The position numbers and the translations under genes are program-made. 64,000 nucleotides of DNA from Alphaproteobacteria bacterium (GTDB lineage: Bacteria > Pseudomonadota > Alphaproteobacteria > GCA-2731375): the NCBI GenBank assembly GCA_965232515.1, contig CBDDPY010000002.1:3808001-3872000 (forward strand). Direction: 5' to 3'. The notes under the pieces are model-generated. The model did not search any database. It was not told where the DNA came from and saw only the letters and a program-made list of their open reading frames with translations. Positions within the stretch are counted from its first letter, which is position 1. Each line of letters opens with the position of its first letter. This document shows, in pieces, positions 8,506-17,520 of the stretch.

Positions 8506-10188
8506 TCAGCGCTGTCCGGCGCGCAGTCGATCGGCGATCGCGCCGGCAATTTCATGGGCATGCGGCGGGCAGGCGGTCAGGTTGATGCCGCCGGTGTCCG
8601 CAAGAGCTGCCAGTGCTCGCCGGTGCGGATCACCATCATGGGCAATCAGCGATACGCGCGCCGCCGCGGCGGCGATATCGTCGACCGCATCATGCGCCAG
8701 ACAAGCGCGCGTCAGCGCGATGCCGGCCCGGCCACCGTGGACGATATCGGCGAAGCGTCGCTGCACCGCACCGGTATCGGCGTCCAGTTCCAAACGGCGG
8801 GCGCAATCGATCACACGGCGATACCACGGTTTATAAGTCATATCGTCGCGCGCCAGATGCCAGGCAGCGGCAAGATGACCGCCGTCCCACCGTGGCCTCA
8901 AATCGGGCAGGGCGGCCGACAGTTGCTCCGGATCATGCGCCGGGATCGCTGGATCGACCAGAATCAGACGATCGACGGTGAGGTCGTTCGCGCGCGCCAA
9001 AGCGGACGCCAGCCCCATGCTGGCGCCGAAGGCCACGACCGACCAGGGCCGGTCGGTGAGCCGCCGCGCGGTTGCGGCCAGGATCCGTGTCAGTTCCTCG
9101 ACCGTTGGCGTTTCGCGCAAGGCGTCGGACGGCCCGCAACCCGGCAGATCGACGGCAACCGAAAGACGTTCGTCCGCCAGCCGCTGGCCGACATCGGCCA
9201 TCTGCGCCGAGCCGCCGGGCAGGTCGTGCAACAGCAGAACCGGTTCCGCCGCCGGATCGCCGAACACCCGCGCGTGGATCGACAGCCCGTTCACCTGGAC
9301 GAAGCGTCGGTCCGATCCGGCTTGATCGAGGACGGGCATCGCCACTTGGCCGTTCGGCAGATGCCGTTCGAACGCTTCGGCGATCTTTTCGGCCCACCGA
9401 TCGCGATCGGCGGAGAGCCGCTCGACCGACACGGTGGGCGACAAGGCGCCGACACGATCAAGATGGCCGTAGAGCAGATCGTCTTCCCGGGCCGCCAGAA
9501 CCACCGGCGCCTTGGCGCGCGCGAGCGGCGGTCCGGCGTCATATCGGAACGCGGCGGCGTAGCCCACGCGATAGCCGTCGCCGGCGGCCAGAAAGTCGTC
9601 GACCACGGCCTGCATGACCTCGAGCGGCGGCGGCGACCGCTGCAGCCGTGAGGCCCGGCCCGGCCGGTTCCAGGGGAAATAGGTGAACTGGTCGCGCACC
9701 CGCGACCACAGCCAGGCGACGTGGGCCCCGCTCCAGTCCGGCCGCAGGGGCGGCAGGTAGCCGGCGAGATGCTCTTCCTGCTCGATCTCGGTGAACAGCG
9801 GATAACCGTCGAGGACGGCGACGGCCGTGCGTTCGGGAAACTGGTCGGCGAAAGCCATGACGATCTCGGCCCCGGTATGGGTGCCGTAGAGCGGCACCTT
9901 GTCGAGGCCGATCAGATCAAGGGTCTCGGCAAGGGCGACGGCGTAGTCGGCAATCTCGGGCCGCTCGATCGGCAGCGGATCCGACAGACCGTAGCCGGGC
10001 GTGTCCAGCGCCAGCACCGTGAACCGGGTGGCGAGGCGGGCGGCCAGCGGCATCAGGGCCGCGGACGAACGCGGCGACTCGTGCAGCAGCACAACCGGCG
10101 GTCCGACGCCGAGGCGACGGATCTGGACCTGCCTGCCACCGGCGCCGCGAACGACGACGCGCTCCACGCTGGCGGTGGCGGCGGACAT
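8506..10188 (-). CDS. Tandem two-domain alpha/beta-hydrolase
   Basis: Two repeats of LLHxxP...A(L/V)DxPGxGxSD; nucleophile elbows GTHTG (domain 1) and GASMG (domain 2). Confidence 0.85.
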   Translation of the reverse strand: MSAATASVERVVVRGAGGRQVQIRRLGVGPPVVLLHESPRSSAALMPLAARLATRFTVLALDTPGYGLSDPLPIERPEIADYAVALAETLDLIGLDKVPLYGTHTGAEIVMAFADQFPERTAVAVLDGYPLFTEIEQEEHLAGYLPPLRPDWSGAHVAWLWSRVRDQFTYFPWNRPGRASRLQRSPPPLEVMQAVVDDFLAAGDGYRVGYAAAFRYDAGPPLARAKAPVVLAAREDDLLYGHLDRVGALSPTVSVERLSADRDRWAEKIAEAFERHLPNGQVAMPVLDQAGSDRRFVQVNGLSIHARVFGDPAAEPVLLLHDLPGGSAQMADVGQRLADERLSVAVDLPGCGPSDALRETPTVEELTRILAATARRLTDRPWSVVAFGASMGLASALARANDLTVDRLILVDPAIPAHDPEQLSAALPDLRPRWDGGHLAAAWHLARDDMTYKPWYRRVIDCARRLELDADTGAVQRRFADIVHGGRAGIALTRACLAHDAVDDIAAAAARVSLIAHDGDPHRRALAALADTGGINLTACPPHAHEIAGAIADRLRAGQR

Positions 10189-10194
10189 CGCCGT

Positions 10195-11757
10195 CTAGGC
10201 CTCGGCCGACCGCGACGGCGCGTCGCCCGTCGAGGGACGGTCGCGCAGCACGTTCTTCAGGATCTTGCCGGCCGGGTTGCGCGGCAGGGCATCGATGAAC
10301 TCGATGCTTTTCGGCACCTTGTGTCCGGCGACATGCGCGCGGCAATAGCCGATGATGTCGTCGTCCGAGACCTGGCGGCCGGATTCGGCGACGACGAAGG
10401 CCTTGACCGCCTCGCCCCAATAATCGTCGGGCATGCCGACGACGGCGACGTCGGTGACCGCCGCGTGCCGATGCAGCACTTCCTCGATCTCGCGCGGGTA
10501 GATGTTGACACCGCCGGAGATGATCATGTCCTTCTTGCGGTCGACGATGTAGAGGTAGCCTTCATCGTCCATGCGCGCCATGTCGCCGGCCGAGAACCAG
10601 CCATCTCGCATGGCCGCCTCGGTCTCCGCCGGCTTGTTCCAATAACCGTTGAACAGCGTCGGCGAATTGCTGAAGAGCTCGCCGACTTCGCCCACTGCGA
10701 CGGGCGCGCCGTCTTCGCCGAGCAGGCGCACATGCGTCGCCACGAACGGCAGGCCGACGCAGCGTTGCTTGCGGAGTTGATCGACCGGCCGCAGGTTGGT
10801 GACGACGCCGGCCTCGGTCGAGCCATAGGTTTCGTGCAGGATGCCATCGCCGAAATAGTCGACCACGCGTTCCTTCGTGGCCTGCGGCAGCGGCGCCGCG
10901 TTGCAGATGATGCCCTTCAGGGCGACGTCGCGGCGCGCCGCCAGCAGCTTTGGTTCCAGGTCGAACATGGAATGAAAGTGCGTTGGCACCGCGAACATGC
11001 CGGTGTGCCGCCGCTCATGCAGCCCGCGCAGGACCTGTTCCGGCTCAAAGCCGGTCATCAATTCGCATTGACCGCCGAAGAACAGGGCGTTCATGGCGAA
11101 CGAGAAGCCGGCGCCGTGGAACAATGGCGCGACGGCGAGGTAACGGTCGTCCGGCGAATAGATGCCGTATCCCGCCGCGTGACCGTAAAAGCCCATCACG
11201 CGGCTGCGATGCGAGAGCACGACGCCCTTCGGCTTGCCCGTGGTGCCGGACGTATAGGGGATGGCGAAGTTGTCCCATTCCTGCACCGGGATATCGGGCG
11301 GCCGGTCGGACGCGTTCGCGATCAAATCTTCCAGATCGTCGCCAACGGTGATGATCCGTTCCACCGCCGGCAGCGATGCCGACCGGACCAGCTCGTCGAA
11401 GGCCGAGTCGACGATCACCGCGCGCGCGCCGCAATCCTCGGCGATTGCCGCGATCTCTTCCACCGTCTGACGTGGATTGATGGTCGCGACGGCGACGCCG
11501 GCCGAGGCGAAACCGGCGACCACCTCGAAATACTCGATGCAGTTCTGCGCGATCAGCAGCACGTTGTCGCCGCGCGCCAGACCCAGCCCGGTCGCGGCAT
11601 GGGCAATTCGGTTGATGCGCTTGTCGAGGGCCGCGAAGCTGCGTTGCTGCGCGCCAAAGATCACGGCGACCTTGTCCGGCGTCCGCGCCGCCGACGCCCG
11701 GATCCCCGAGGCGATCGTCAGCGGCCGGTAGGTATCAGGCGGCGGCGTGAAAGCCAT
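10195..11757 (-). CDS. Acyl-CoA synthetase / AMP-binding enzyme (module 1)
   Basis: YTSGTTGKPKG, YGSTE, GDMARMD, DRKKDMIISGGVNIYP and PRNPAGKILK motifs. Confidence 0.93.
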   Translation of the reverse strand: MAFTPPPDTYRPLTIASGIRASAARTPDKVAVIFGAQQRSFAALDKRINRIAHAATGLGLARGDNVLLIAQNCIEYFEVVAGFASAGVAVATINPRQTVEEIAAIAEDCGARAVIVDSAFDELVRSASLPAVERIITVGDDLEDLIANASDRPPDIPVQEWDNFAIPYTSGTTGKPKGVVLSHRSRVMGFYGHAAGYGIYSPDDRYLAVAPLFHGAGFSFAMNALFFGGQCELMTGFEPEQVLRGLHERRHTGMFAVPTHFHSMFDLEPKLLAARRDVALKGIICNAAPLPQATKERVVDYFGDGILHETYGSTEAGVVTNLRPVDQLRKQRCVGLPFVATHVRLLGEDGAPVAVGEVGELFSNSPTLFNGYWNKPAETEAAMRDGWFSAGDMARMDDEGYLYIVDRKKDMIISGGVNIYPREIEEVLHRHAAVTDVAVVGMPDDYWGEAVKAFVVAESGRQVSDDDIIGYCRAHVAGHKVPKSIEFIDALPRNPAGKILKNVLRDRPSTGDAPSRSAEA

Positions 11758-11760
11758 TGC

Positions 11761-12657
11761 TCATTCCGCGGCGCGCTGCGGCCCGCCGAGCGTGGCGGCC
11801 AGCGTCGCCGGCAGCTTGAAGAGCCGCAGCGCGTTGTCCCGCATCAGCCGTTGTTTGGACTCCGGTTTCAGGTCGAGCTCGTCGACTTCCCGTACCGCGC
11901 GCTCCGGATCGATGACCGGCCAGTCGGTGCCGAACAGCACCTTCTCGCGGCCATAGCTGTTCAGGTAGTGCACCAGCGGCGCCGGCCAGTAGCGCGGCGC
12001 ATAGGCATCGGCGCCGATAAAGATATTCTCGTGCTTCCAGGCCATCGAGATCATCTCGTCGGTCCAGGGAATGCCGATATGGATGCCGATCAGCTTCAGC
12101 TCGGGGAAATCGATCGCCACCTGGTCGAGGCAGATCGGCCGGCCCACGCTCGGCAGGCGGCGCTCGCGCGAATAGACCAGGTTATGCCCGACCTGCATCA
12201 TGATCGGGATATCGAGTTCGCAGCACTTCGCATAGTAGGGATAGTATTTCGCATGGTCGGGGGCGAGCCCGAACCAGTGCGGATAGAGATGGGCGCCGAC
12301 GAAACTGAGCTGTGTCACGGCTTGTTCCAGATCGCGCAGACCCTGCATGCCGCGAAACGGATCGACGCCGGCCAGCCCACTGAACCGGTCGGGATGCTGT
12401 TGACAGACCTCGTGGACCCGCGCGTACGGAATTTCGAACGACCCTTTGACATTCAGGTCGCCGGCGCGCACCGCGATCAGCAGTGAATGGTCGATACCGG
12501 CCCGGTCCATCTTGCCGAGATAATCTTCGATCGACACGCCGTTGCGCATCTCGGGCGGCATGCGCACCTGGATCTTGAAATCATCGTCCAGGCCCGTTTG
12601 CTTCAGCCGGACCTCGGTTTCCGTGTAGAGATTGCAAACGATGTCGATGGCGCCCAT
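11761..12657 (-). CDS. Amidohydrolase_2-fold protein (paralog 1)
   Basis: PDRFSGLAGVDP, DFPELKLIGIH and KVLFGTDWP motifs. Confidence 0.88.
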   Translation of the reverse strand: MGAIDIVCNLYTETEVRLKQTGLDDDFKIQVRMPPEMRNGVSIEDYLGKMDRAGIDHSLLIAVRAGDLNVKGSFEIPYARVHEVCQQHPDRFSGLAGVDPFRGMQGLRDLEQAVTQLSFVGAHLYPHWFGLAPDHAKYYPYYAKCCELDIPIMMQVGHNLVYSRERRLPSVGRPICLDQVAIDFPELKLIGIHIGIPWTDEMISMAWKHENIFIGADAYAPRYWPAPLVHYLNSYGREKVLFGTDWPVIDPERAVREVDELDLKPESKQRLMRDNALRLFKLPATLAATLGGPQRAAE

Positions 12658-12743
12658 CTGGCCCGCTCTTCATGATTCCGAACTGGAACGGCCGGTTGAC
12701 GCGCCGGCCTATGCAAATGGCCAACGAGAGTTGGCTTATAAGA

Positions 12744-12790
12744 GTTTCACATACAGCGATGTTTTTGCCAATAGCGGCACAATGTGAAAC
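12744..12790. promoter_or_regulatory. Candidate operator region upstream of the amidohydrolase-1 operon
   Basis: 9-bp perfect inverted repeat GTTTCACAT (12744-12752) / ATGTGAAAC (12782-12790) in an AT-rich intergenic region, plus a 17-bp box shared with 18689-18705. Confidence 0.5.
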
Positions 12791-12796
12791 GCCTGT

Positions 12797-13669
12797 CTAG
12801 TCGTCCGCCGGGACCGTCAAGCCCGCCCACGAGCTGCGGTGGCGCTCGCTGTCCGGCAACCGCCACATGATGTCCTGGATTTTTTGCGCTTCCTCGCGGA
12901 TGGTCTCCGCCACCTCGATGGCCCGATCCCGCTTCAGGCGCTCGGGAATGGCGGCCACCGTCATACAAGCAACCGGTCGGCCGCGTCGGTTGATCAACGG
13001 CACCGCCACCGCGTTGACCGCGATCCCGCCGCGTTCCGGGCCGACGCTGTAGTTGCGCTCGCGGGCCTTCGTCAGTTGCCGCTTTATCGACGCCCGATCC
13101 TGCCCCGGGAACACTTCTAGTCGCTCCCGATTGCGGTCCAGCAGGCGTTCGACCTCCTCGTCGGGAAGCGCCGCCAGGAAGGCAATACCCGTCGCGCCCG
13201 CCCCCAGCGGACGGCGCGAGCCGAGATCCATGGGCAAGGTCTGCACCGGATACGAACCGGTCTGGATGTCGACGCAGACCGCATCGTCGCCCGAACGGAC
13301 GCTGAGAAAGGCCGTGTCGCCGGTCGCTGTCGCGATCTTGCGCAATGATGTCCGGGCAACGTCCTGCAAATCCCATCGGTTCGATGCCGCCGCCGCCAGC
13401 GTGAAGAAGGCCATGCCGAGCTGGTAACGCTTTGTCGCCTCATCCTGCTCGACTAGACCGCCATCGACCAGCGTCGCCAGCAGGCGCCGCGTCGTGCCCC
13501 GGTCCAGGTCGGCCATATCGGCCAGGCGCGACAGTCTCTCGCCGTCGCTCGGCGCCACCGACAGGGCTTCCATCAGGGCGATCGCGCGCCGGACGGACTG
13601 CACGCCGCCTTGCCGGCGTTCGTTGGTCAACCGCTTCGGTTTGGCGCTCGCTAACGGGGTTCTCTTCAT
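12797..13669 (-). CDS. IclR-family transcriptional regulator
   Basis: GVQSVRRAIALM...LDRGTTRRLLATL HTH and GSRRPLGAGATGIAFLA effector domain. ATG at 13669 preferred over the ORF-track start. Confidence 0.92.
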   Translation of the reverse strand: MKRTPLASAKPKRLTNERRQGGVQSVRRAIALMEALSVAPSDGERLSRLADMADLDRGTTRRLLATLVDGGLVEQDEATKRYQLGMAFFTLAAAASNRWDLQDVARTSLRKIATATGDTAFLSVRSGDDAVCVDIQTGSYPVQTLPMDLGSRRPLGAGATGIAFLAALPDEEVERLLDRNRERLEVFPGQDRASIKRQLTKARERNYSVGPERGGIAVNAVAVPLINRRGRPVACMTVAAIPERLKRDRAIEVAETIREEAQKIQDIMWRLPDSERHRSSWAGLTVPADD

Positions 13670-13760
13670 GTCAGGTGTCTCGACTCCCGGTGCTGTCCGT
13701 CCAGGGAAGTATCGGCTCAACCTAACCGCCCGGCTGGCGCAAGGAAACCGAAACCGTCGG

Positions 13761-15113
13761 CTATCCTGACAGCTCCAGGGCCGCCAGCATGGCCTCACCG
13801 CCGGCGCCAGCCGGGGTGTCCGCACAGAGACGTTTGAACTTGTCCAGCAGAACGGCATCGTCGGTCACCGAAATGAAGCCACGCGGTTGATCGGTCTTTT
13901 CCGGTTCGATCAGCGGTCGCCGATGCGAGATCCGGTGGATCGCGCCGCTCGCGTCATGGACCGCCAGGTCGACGGCCATTTCAGCCGGATAGATCTCGTC
14001 ATACGCCGGTACGGTCCGGAACTCGATGAGGTCGATCAAGCTTCCGGTCTGGGGTGATTCAGCGCCGGGATGGAGATTTCCGAGACCGTAAGCGTTATGG
14101 GCCACGGCGCTCGCCAGCATCCAGCGCAGGCTCATCAGCCGGTCATAGAGCTCAAGCTCGGCCGATGGGCCTGGACCGACAAGGTTATAGGTGCGTTTCG
14201 CCGCGCCGACATCGATGTGTGTGACCGATTGCGGATCGATCGTGGTCTCCTGCAGCAGTGTCAGGGCCGATTCGAGCACCGGCTGCGCCGCGAAACAGGC
14301 AGGGATCAGTTTCAGGCAGATCGCATCGAGCGAACCGCCGTCCCAGGACTCGGGTGTCAATTGGTCCGGCTCGCCATGCAGAAAACGGACGAAGCCGGGT
14401 ATGAGCTCGCCTTCGAATGCATTTGGGCCGGGTTTCAGACCGGCTTGGGCCAGCCTCACGGCCTCGAGACCGGTCCGCGCCGCCAGGCCGCTGTGCAGCG
14501 GCACGACCGAGCCGTGATCGCGCAAAGACTGATAGAGCGCGATCGGCGCGTTAAAGGCCGCGATGCCAAGGGCCGCCGCCATCTCCGGCCGGTCGAGACC
14601 CGCAAGCCGGCCGGCCGCCGCCGCGGCGCCGACCGCGCCCATTGTCGCCGTCGGCGCGCTGCCGGCCAGCGGCTGCCGCGGATAGCCGCAGGCGGCCAGC
14701 CGGTTCGCCACCTCGTAACCGGCGGCGACCGCGGCAACGAACTCCTCGATGCCGGCATCATGCAGCTTCCAGCCGACCCAGGCCGCCGGAATGACGGCGG
14801 AGCTCGGATGGTTGCCGCCATAGGGATAGACGTCGTGCAGTTGCAGCAGCGACCCCAACGTGCCCATGGACAGCGCCGCGCTTTCCGGATCGAAGCGCCG
14901 CTCGACGCCGAACACGTCGATATCGCCGGGCCGGGTCAGGACATAAGCGGCGTCCGCCTCGGCAAACCGCGTCGCGGCGGCCGTACAGGCGAGGAAGTCG
15001 GCAATGCACCAGTTCAGCTTATGCCGCCGTTCGCCGCTCTGGTCCCGCCAGTTGAGCGAAAACACGAACTCGGCCATCCGTTCGGCCATGTGCAACGTCA
15101 ATGCCGCCTCCAT
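13761..15113 (-). CDS. MmgE/PrpD-family protein
   Basis: HDV...NHPSSAVIPAA, AVAAGYEVA, LHSGLAARTGLEAVRLAQAG and KLIPAC motifs. Start could also be MAERM, 27 nt downstream. Confidence 0.85.
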   Translation of the reverse strand: MEAALTLHMAERMAEFVFSLNWRDQSGERRHKLNWCIADFLACTAAATRFAEADAAYVLTRPGDIDVFGVERRFDPESAALSMGTLGSLLQLHDVYPYGGNHPSSAVIPAAWVGWKLHDAGIEEFVAAVAAGYEVANRLAACGYPRQPLAGSAPTATMGAVGAAAAAGRLAGLDRPEMAAALGIAAFNAPIALYQSLRDHGSVVPLHSGLAARTGLEAVRLAQAGLKPGPNAFEGELIPGFVRFLHGEPDQLTPESWDGGSLDAICLKLIPACFAAQPVLESALTLLQETTIDPQSVTHIDVGAAKRTYNLVGPGPSAELELYDRLMSLRWMLASAVAHNAYGLGNLHPGAESPQTGSLIDLIEFRTVPAYDEIYPAEMAVDLAVHDASGAIHRISHRRPLIEPEKTDQPRGFISVTDDAVLLDKFKRLCADTPAGAGGEAMLAALELSG

Positions 15114-15140
15114 TCCGTTGTGCCGGCCGGCCTGCGCCGA

Positions 15141-16595
15141 TTACGGCAGTCTTGCCGCCAGCCGGTCCTTTAACACCTTGCCGAGCGCGCTCTTCGGCAA
15201 CTCATCGAGAACGAAGAAGCCCTTGGGCACCTTGTAGGACGCAAGGCGGTCGCGGCAGAACGCCGCCAGTGCGTCGTCGGACACCGCCGCATCGGTCGTC
15301 ACGAACGCGGCCACTTCCTCGCCGAATTCGCGCGACGGCCAGGGCACCACGGCGCAGTCGCGAACATCGGGATGGCCCCGCAGCACGGCCTCGATCTCCG
15401 CCGGGAAGATGTTGACGCCGCCCCGAATGATCATCTCCTTGGCGCGGCCCACAATGGTCAGGAAACCATCGGCGTCGAGGCATCCGACATCGCCCGTGTA
15501 GTACCAGCCGTCGCGGAAATAGCGCCGGGTCTCCGCCGGATCGTTGTAGAAACCGTCCGGCAGCCAGGGCGCGCGCTGGCGGATCAATCCAACCTCGTCC
15601 ACCGGCAGAACGGCGTCGTTTGCGTCGACGATCTCGACCTCGGTCTGATAGGCCAGTTGCCCGACCGTGCCGGCCTTCTCCGCGCCCGCGTCGGGCCCCA
15701 GCGCCGCGACCGGCCCGCCCTCGGTAGAGCTGAACAGGTTCACCAGGTTGGGCGAGATCCGCCGCATCACCTGGTCGCGTTCCTCGGCGCCCAGCACGGC
15801 GCCGCTGGAAATCAGAATTTGCAAGTCCGGCAACAGCGGGCCCGATGGCGGCGCCACCTCGAGCAACCGCCGCAACTGCGTCGGGACCAGGAACACCGAC
15901 GACACGTCCAGACGGTTGATGGCGTCGGCCAGTGCCGCCGGCTCGTGCGGCGGCGGGTTCAGGATCACGGTGGCCCCGAGCACCAGGTGGCTGATCGTGA
16001 AGCCGCGACCGCCGCCGAAATAGAGCGGCGTCGCCAGCATGTTGCGGTGCCGTTCGCAAAATCCCAACGTCACGGCCTGCGACATGAACCGCGTCAGCAT
16101 GTGGCGATGCGTGGTGGCGGCGCCCTTCGGCCGGCCGGTGGTGCCCGACGACATCGACAGCCAGACCGGCCGGTCCGGATCGCTGGGAAAGTCGTCGTCA
16201 AGCGAGATACCGGCAAGGCCCTCGAACCAGGCTTGGTCGGCAACGAGATTGGCGACCCCGTCGGTCTCCGCGGTCTCGCTGACGACCGCGTCAGCGACGA
16301 AGAACTGGGCGACGCGGCTTTTTTCGGAGGGCGTCCAGCGCACGTCCATCGGCAGCACCACGGCGCCGAGCCGGATCAGCCCCAGAAGCACCAGGACATG
16401 CTCGAGCGTGTCCCGCATGCAAAGACCGGCCATACAGCCCGGCGCCAGGCCGTCGTGGCGCAGCTTGGTCGCCACGCGCGTCACGCGGTCGTCCAGACTC
16501 CGGTAGTCGAGGACACGGTCGTCCGCGATCAACGCCGGATGCCGCGGCTTCCGGCGCGCGTTGTAGGCGATCGCGTCGGCGATGGTCGTCAGCAT
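15141..16595 (-). CDS. Acyl-CoA synthetase / AMP-binding enzyme (module 2)
   Basis: SSGTTGRPKG, FSSTEGG, YTGDVG, GRAKEMIIRGGVNIFP and PKSALGKVLK motifs. Confidence 0.92.
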   Translation of the reverse strand: MLTTIADAIAYNARRKPRHPALIADDRVLDYRSLDDRVTRVATKLRHDGLAPGCMAGLCMRDTLEHVLVLLGLIRLGAVVLPMDVRWTPSEKSRVAQFFVADAVVSETAETDGVANLVADQAWFEGLAGISLDDDFPSDPDRPVWLSMSSGTTGRPKGAATTHRHMLTRFMSQAVTLGFCERHRNMLATPLYFGGGRGFTISHLVLGATVILNPPPHEPAALADAINRLDVSSVFLVPTQLRRLLEVAPPSGPLLPDLQILISSGAVLGAEERDQVMRRISPNLVNLFSSTEGGPVAALGPDAGAEKAGTVGQLAYQTEVEIVDANDAVLPVDEVGLIRQRAPWLPDGFYNDPAETRRYFRDGWYYTGDVGCLDADGFLTIVGRAKEMIIRGGVNIFPAEIEAVLRGHPDVRDCAVVPWPSREFGEEVAAFVTTDAAVSDDALAAFCRDRLASYKVPKGFFVLDELPKSALGKVLKDRLAARLP

Positions 16596-16607
16596 CGGAC
16601 CGGCCGT

Positions 16608-17477
16608 CTAATCCAGCTTGTAGATGCGCCGCGTATTGTCGCGGAGCAGCTTGCGCAGGGCCTCGGGCCGCAATTCCAGCGACTCGATCTCCTGGCGGGT
16701 ACGCTCGAAGCCCAGCACGGGAAAGTCGGTGCCGAAGATGACTTTGTCCTGGCCGTAGGTGTTGATGTAGTGGACGAATTCCGGCGGCCAGTATTTCGGC
16801 GCATGCGCGTCGCAGCCGATATAGACGTTGGGGTGCTTCCAGGCCATGGCGATCATCTCGGACGTCCAGGGAATGCCGACATGGATGCCGATCAGGGTCA
16901 GCTCCGGGAAATCGCAGGCCACGTCGTCCAGCGTGATCGGACGGCCGACGCTGCGCAGGCGCCGGTCCGGTGAGTAGATCAGCGACTGTCCCACCTGCAT
17001 CTGGATCGGCACGTCCAGTTCCACGCATTTGGCATAGAACGGATAGACCCGGGCATGGTTCGGCGGCAGCTCGAACCAATGCGGATAGAAGTGCGCGCCG
17101 ATGAAGCCCAGTTCGCCGACCGCGTGTTCCAATCTGCGCACACCGTCCATGCCCATGGTCGGGTCGATCCCTGCCAGTCCGGAGAAGCGGTCGGGATATT
17201 GGGCCACGGCGTCGGCGACCAGCTTGTAAGGAATATGCACGCTGGCCGGCAGGCCGAGTTGGCCGGCACAGGACGCGATCAGAAAGCCGCGTTCGATCCC
17301 GGCGCTGTCCATGCGGCGCAGCATTTCGTCGAGCGTGATGCCCTGAAAGGTCTTGTCGGAGACGCCGATCTTGTCGACGTAAAAACCGCGAAAGGACTCC
17401 GCGCGCAGGTTGACGGCTTCCGAGGTCCAGATATTCACCACGGCATCGATCGCCAGTAGGTCGTAGTCGCCAGTCAT
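16608..17477 (-). CDS. Amidohydrolase_2-fold protein (paralog 2)
   Basis: PDRFSGLAGIDP, DFPELTLIGIH and KVIFGTDFP motifs; closely similar to 11761-12657. Confidence 0.88.
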   Translation of the reverse strand: MTGDYDLLAIDAVVNIWTSEAVNLRAESFRGFYVDKIGVSDKTFQGITLDEMLRRMDSAGIERGFLIASCAGQLGLPASVHIPYKLVADAVAQYPDRFSGLAGIDPTMGMDGVRRLEHAVGELGFIGAHFYPHWFELPPNHARVYPFYAKCVELDVPIQMQVGQSLIYSPDRRLRSVGRPITLDDVACDFPELTLIGIHVGIPWTSEMIAMAWKHPNVYIGCDAHAPKYWPPEFVHYINTYGQDKVIFGTDFPVLGFERTRQEIESLELRPEALRKLLRDNTRRIYKLD

Positions 17478-17520
17478 CTCGTGAGCATTCCTTATCGCAA
17501 TTGTTCCGATCGCCGGCGGG

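Noticed and set aside
9721-12486. 921-aa plus-strand ORF and other long shadow ORFs (e.g. 3767-5320, 21207-23315, 36770-38890, 57230-59617)
   Set aside because: They lie antisense to well-supported genes and have no recognisable motifs. Long open antisense frames are expected in high-GC DNA with biased codon usage.
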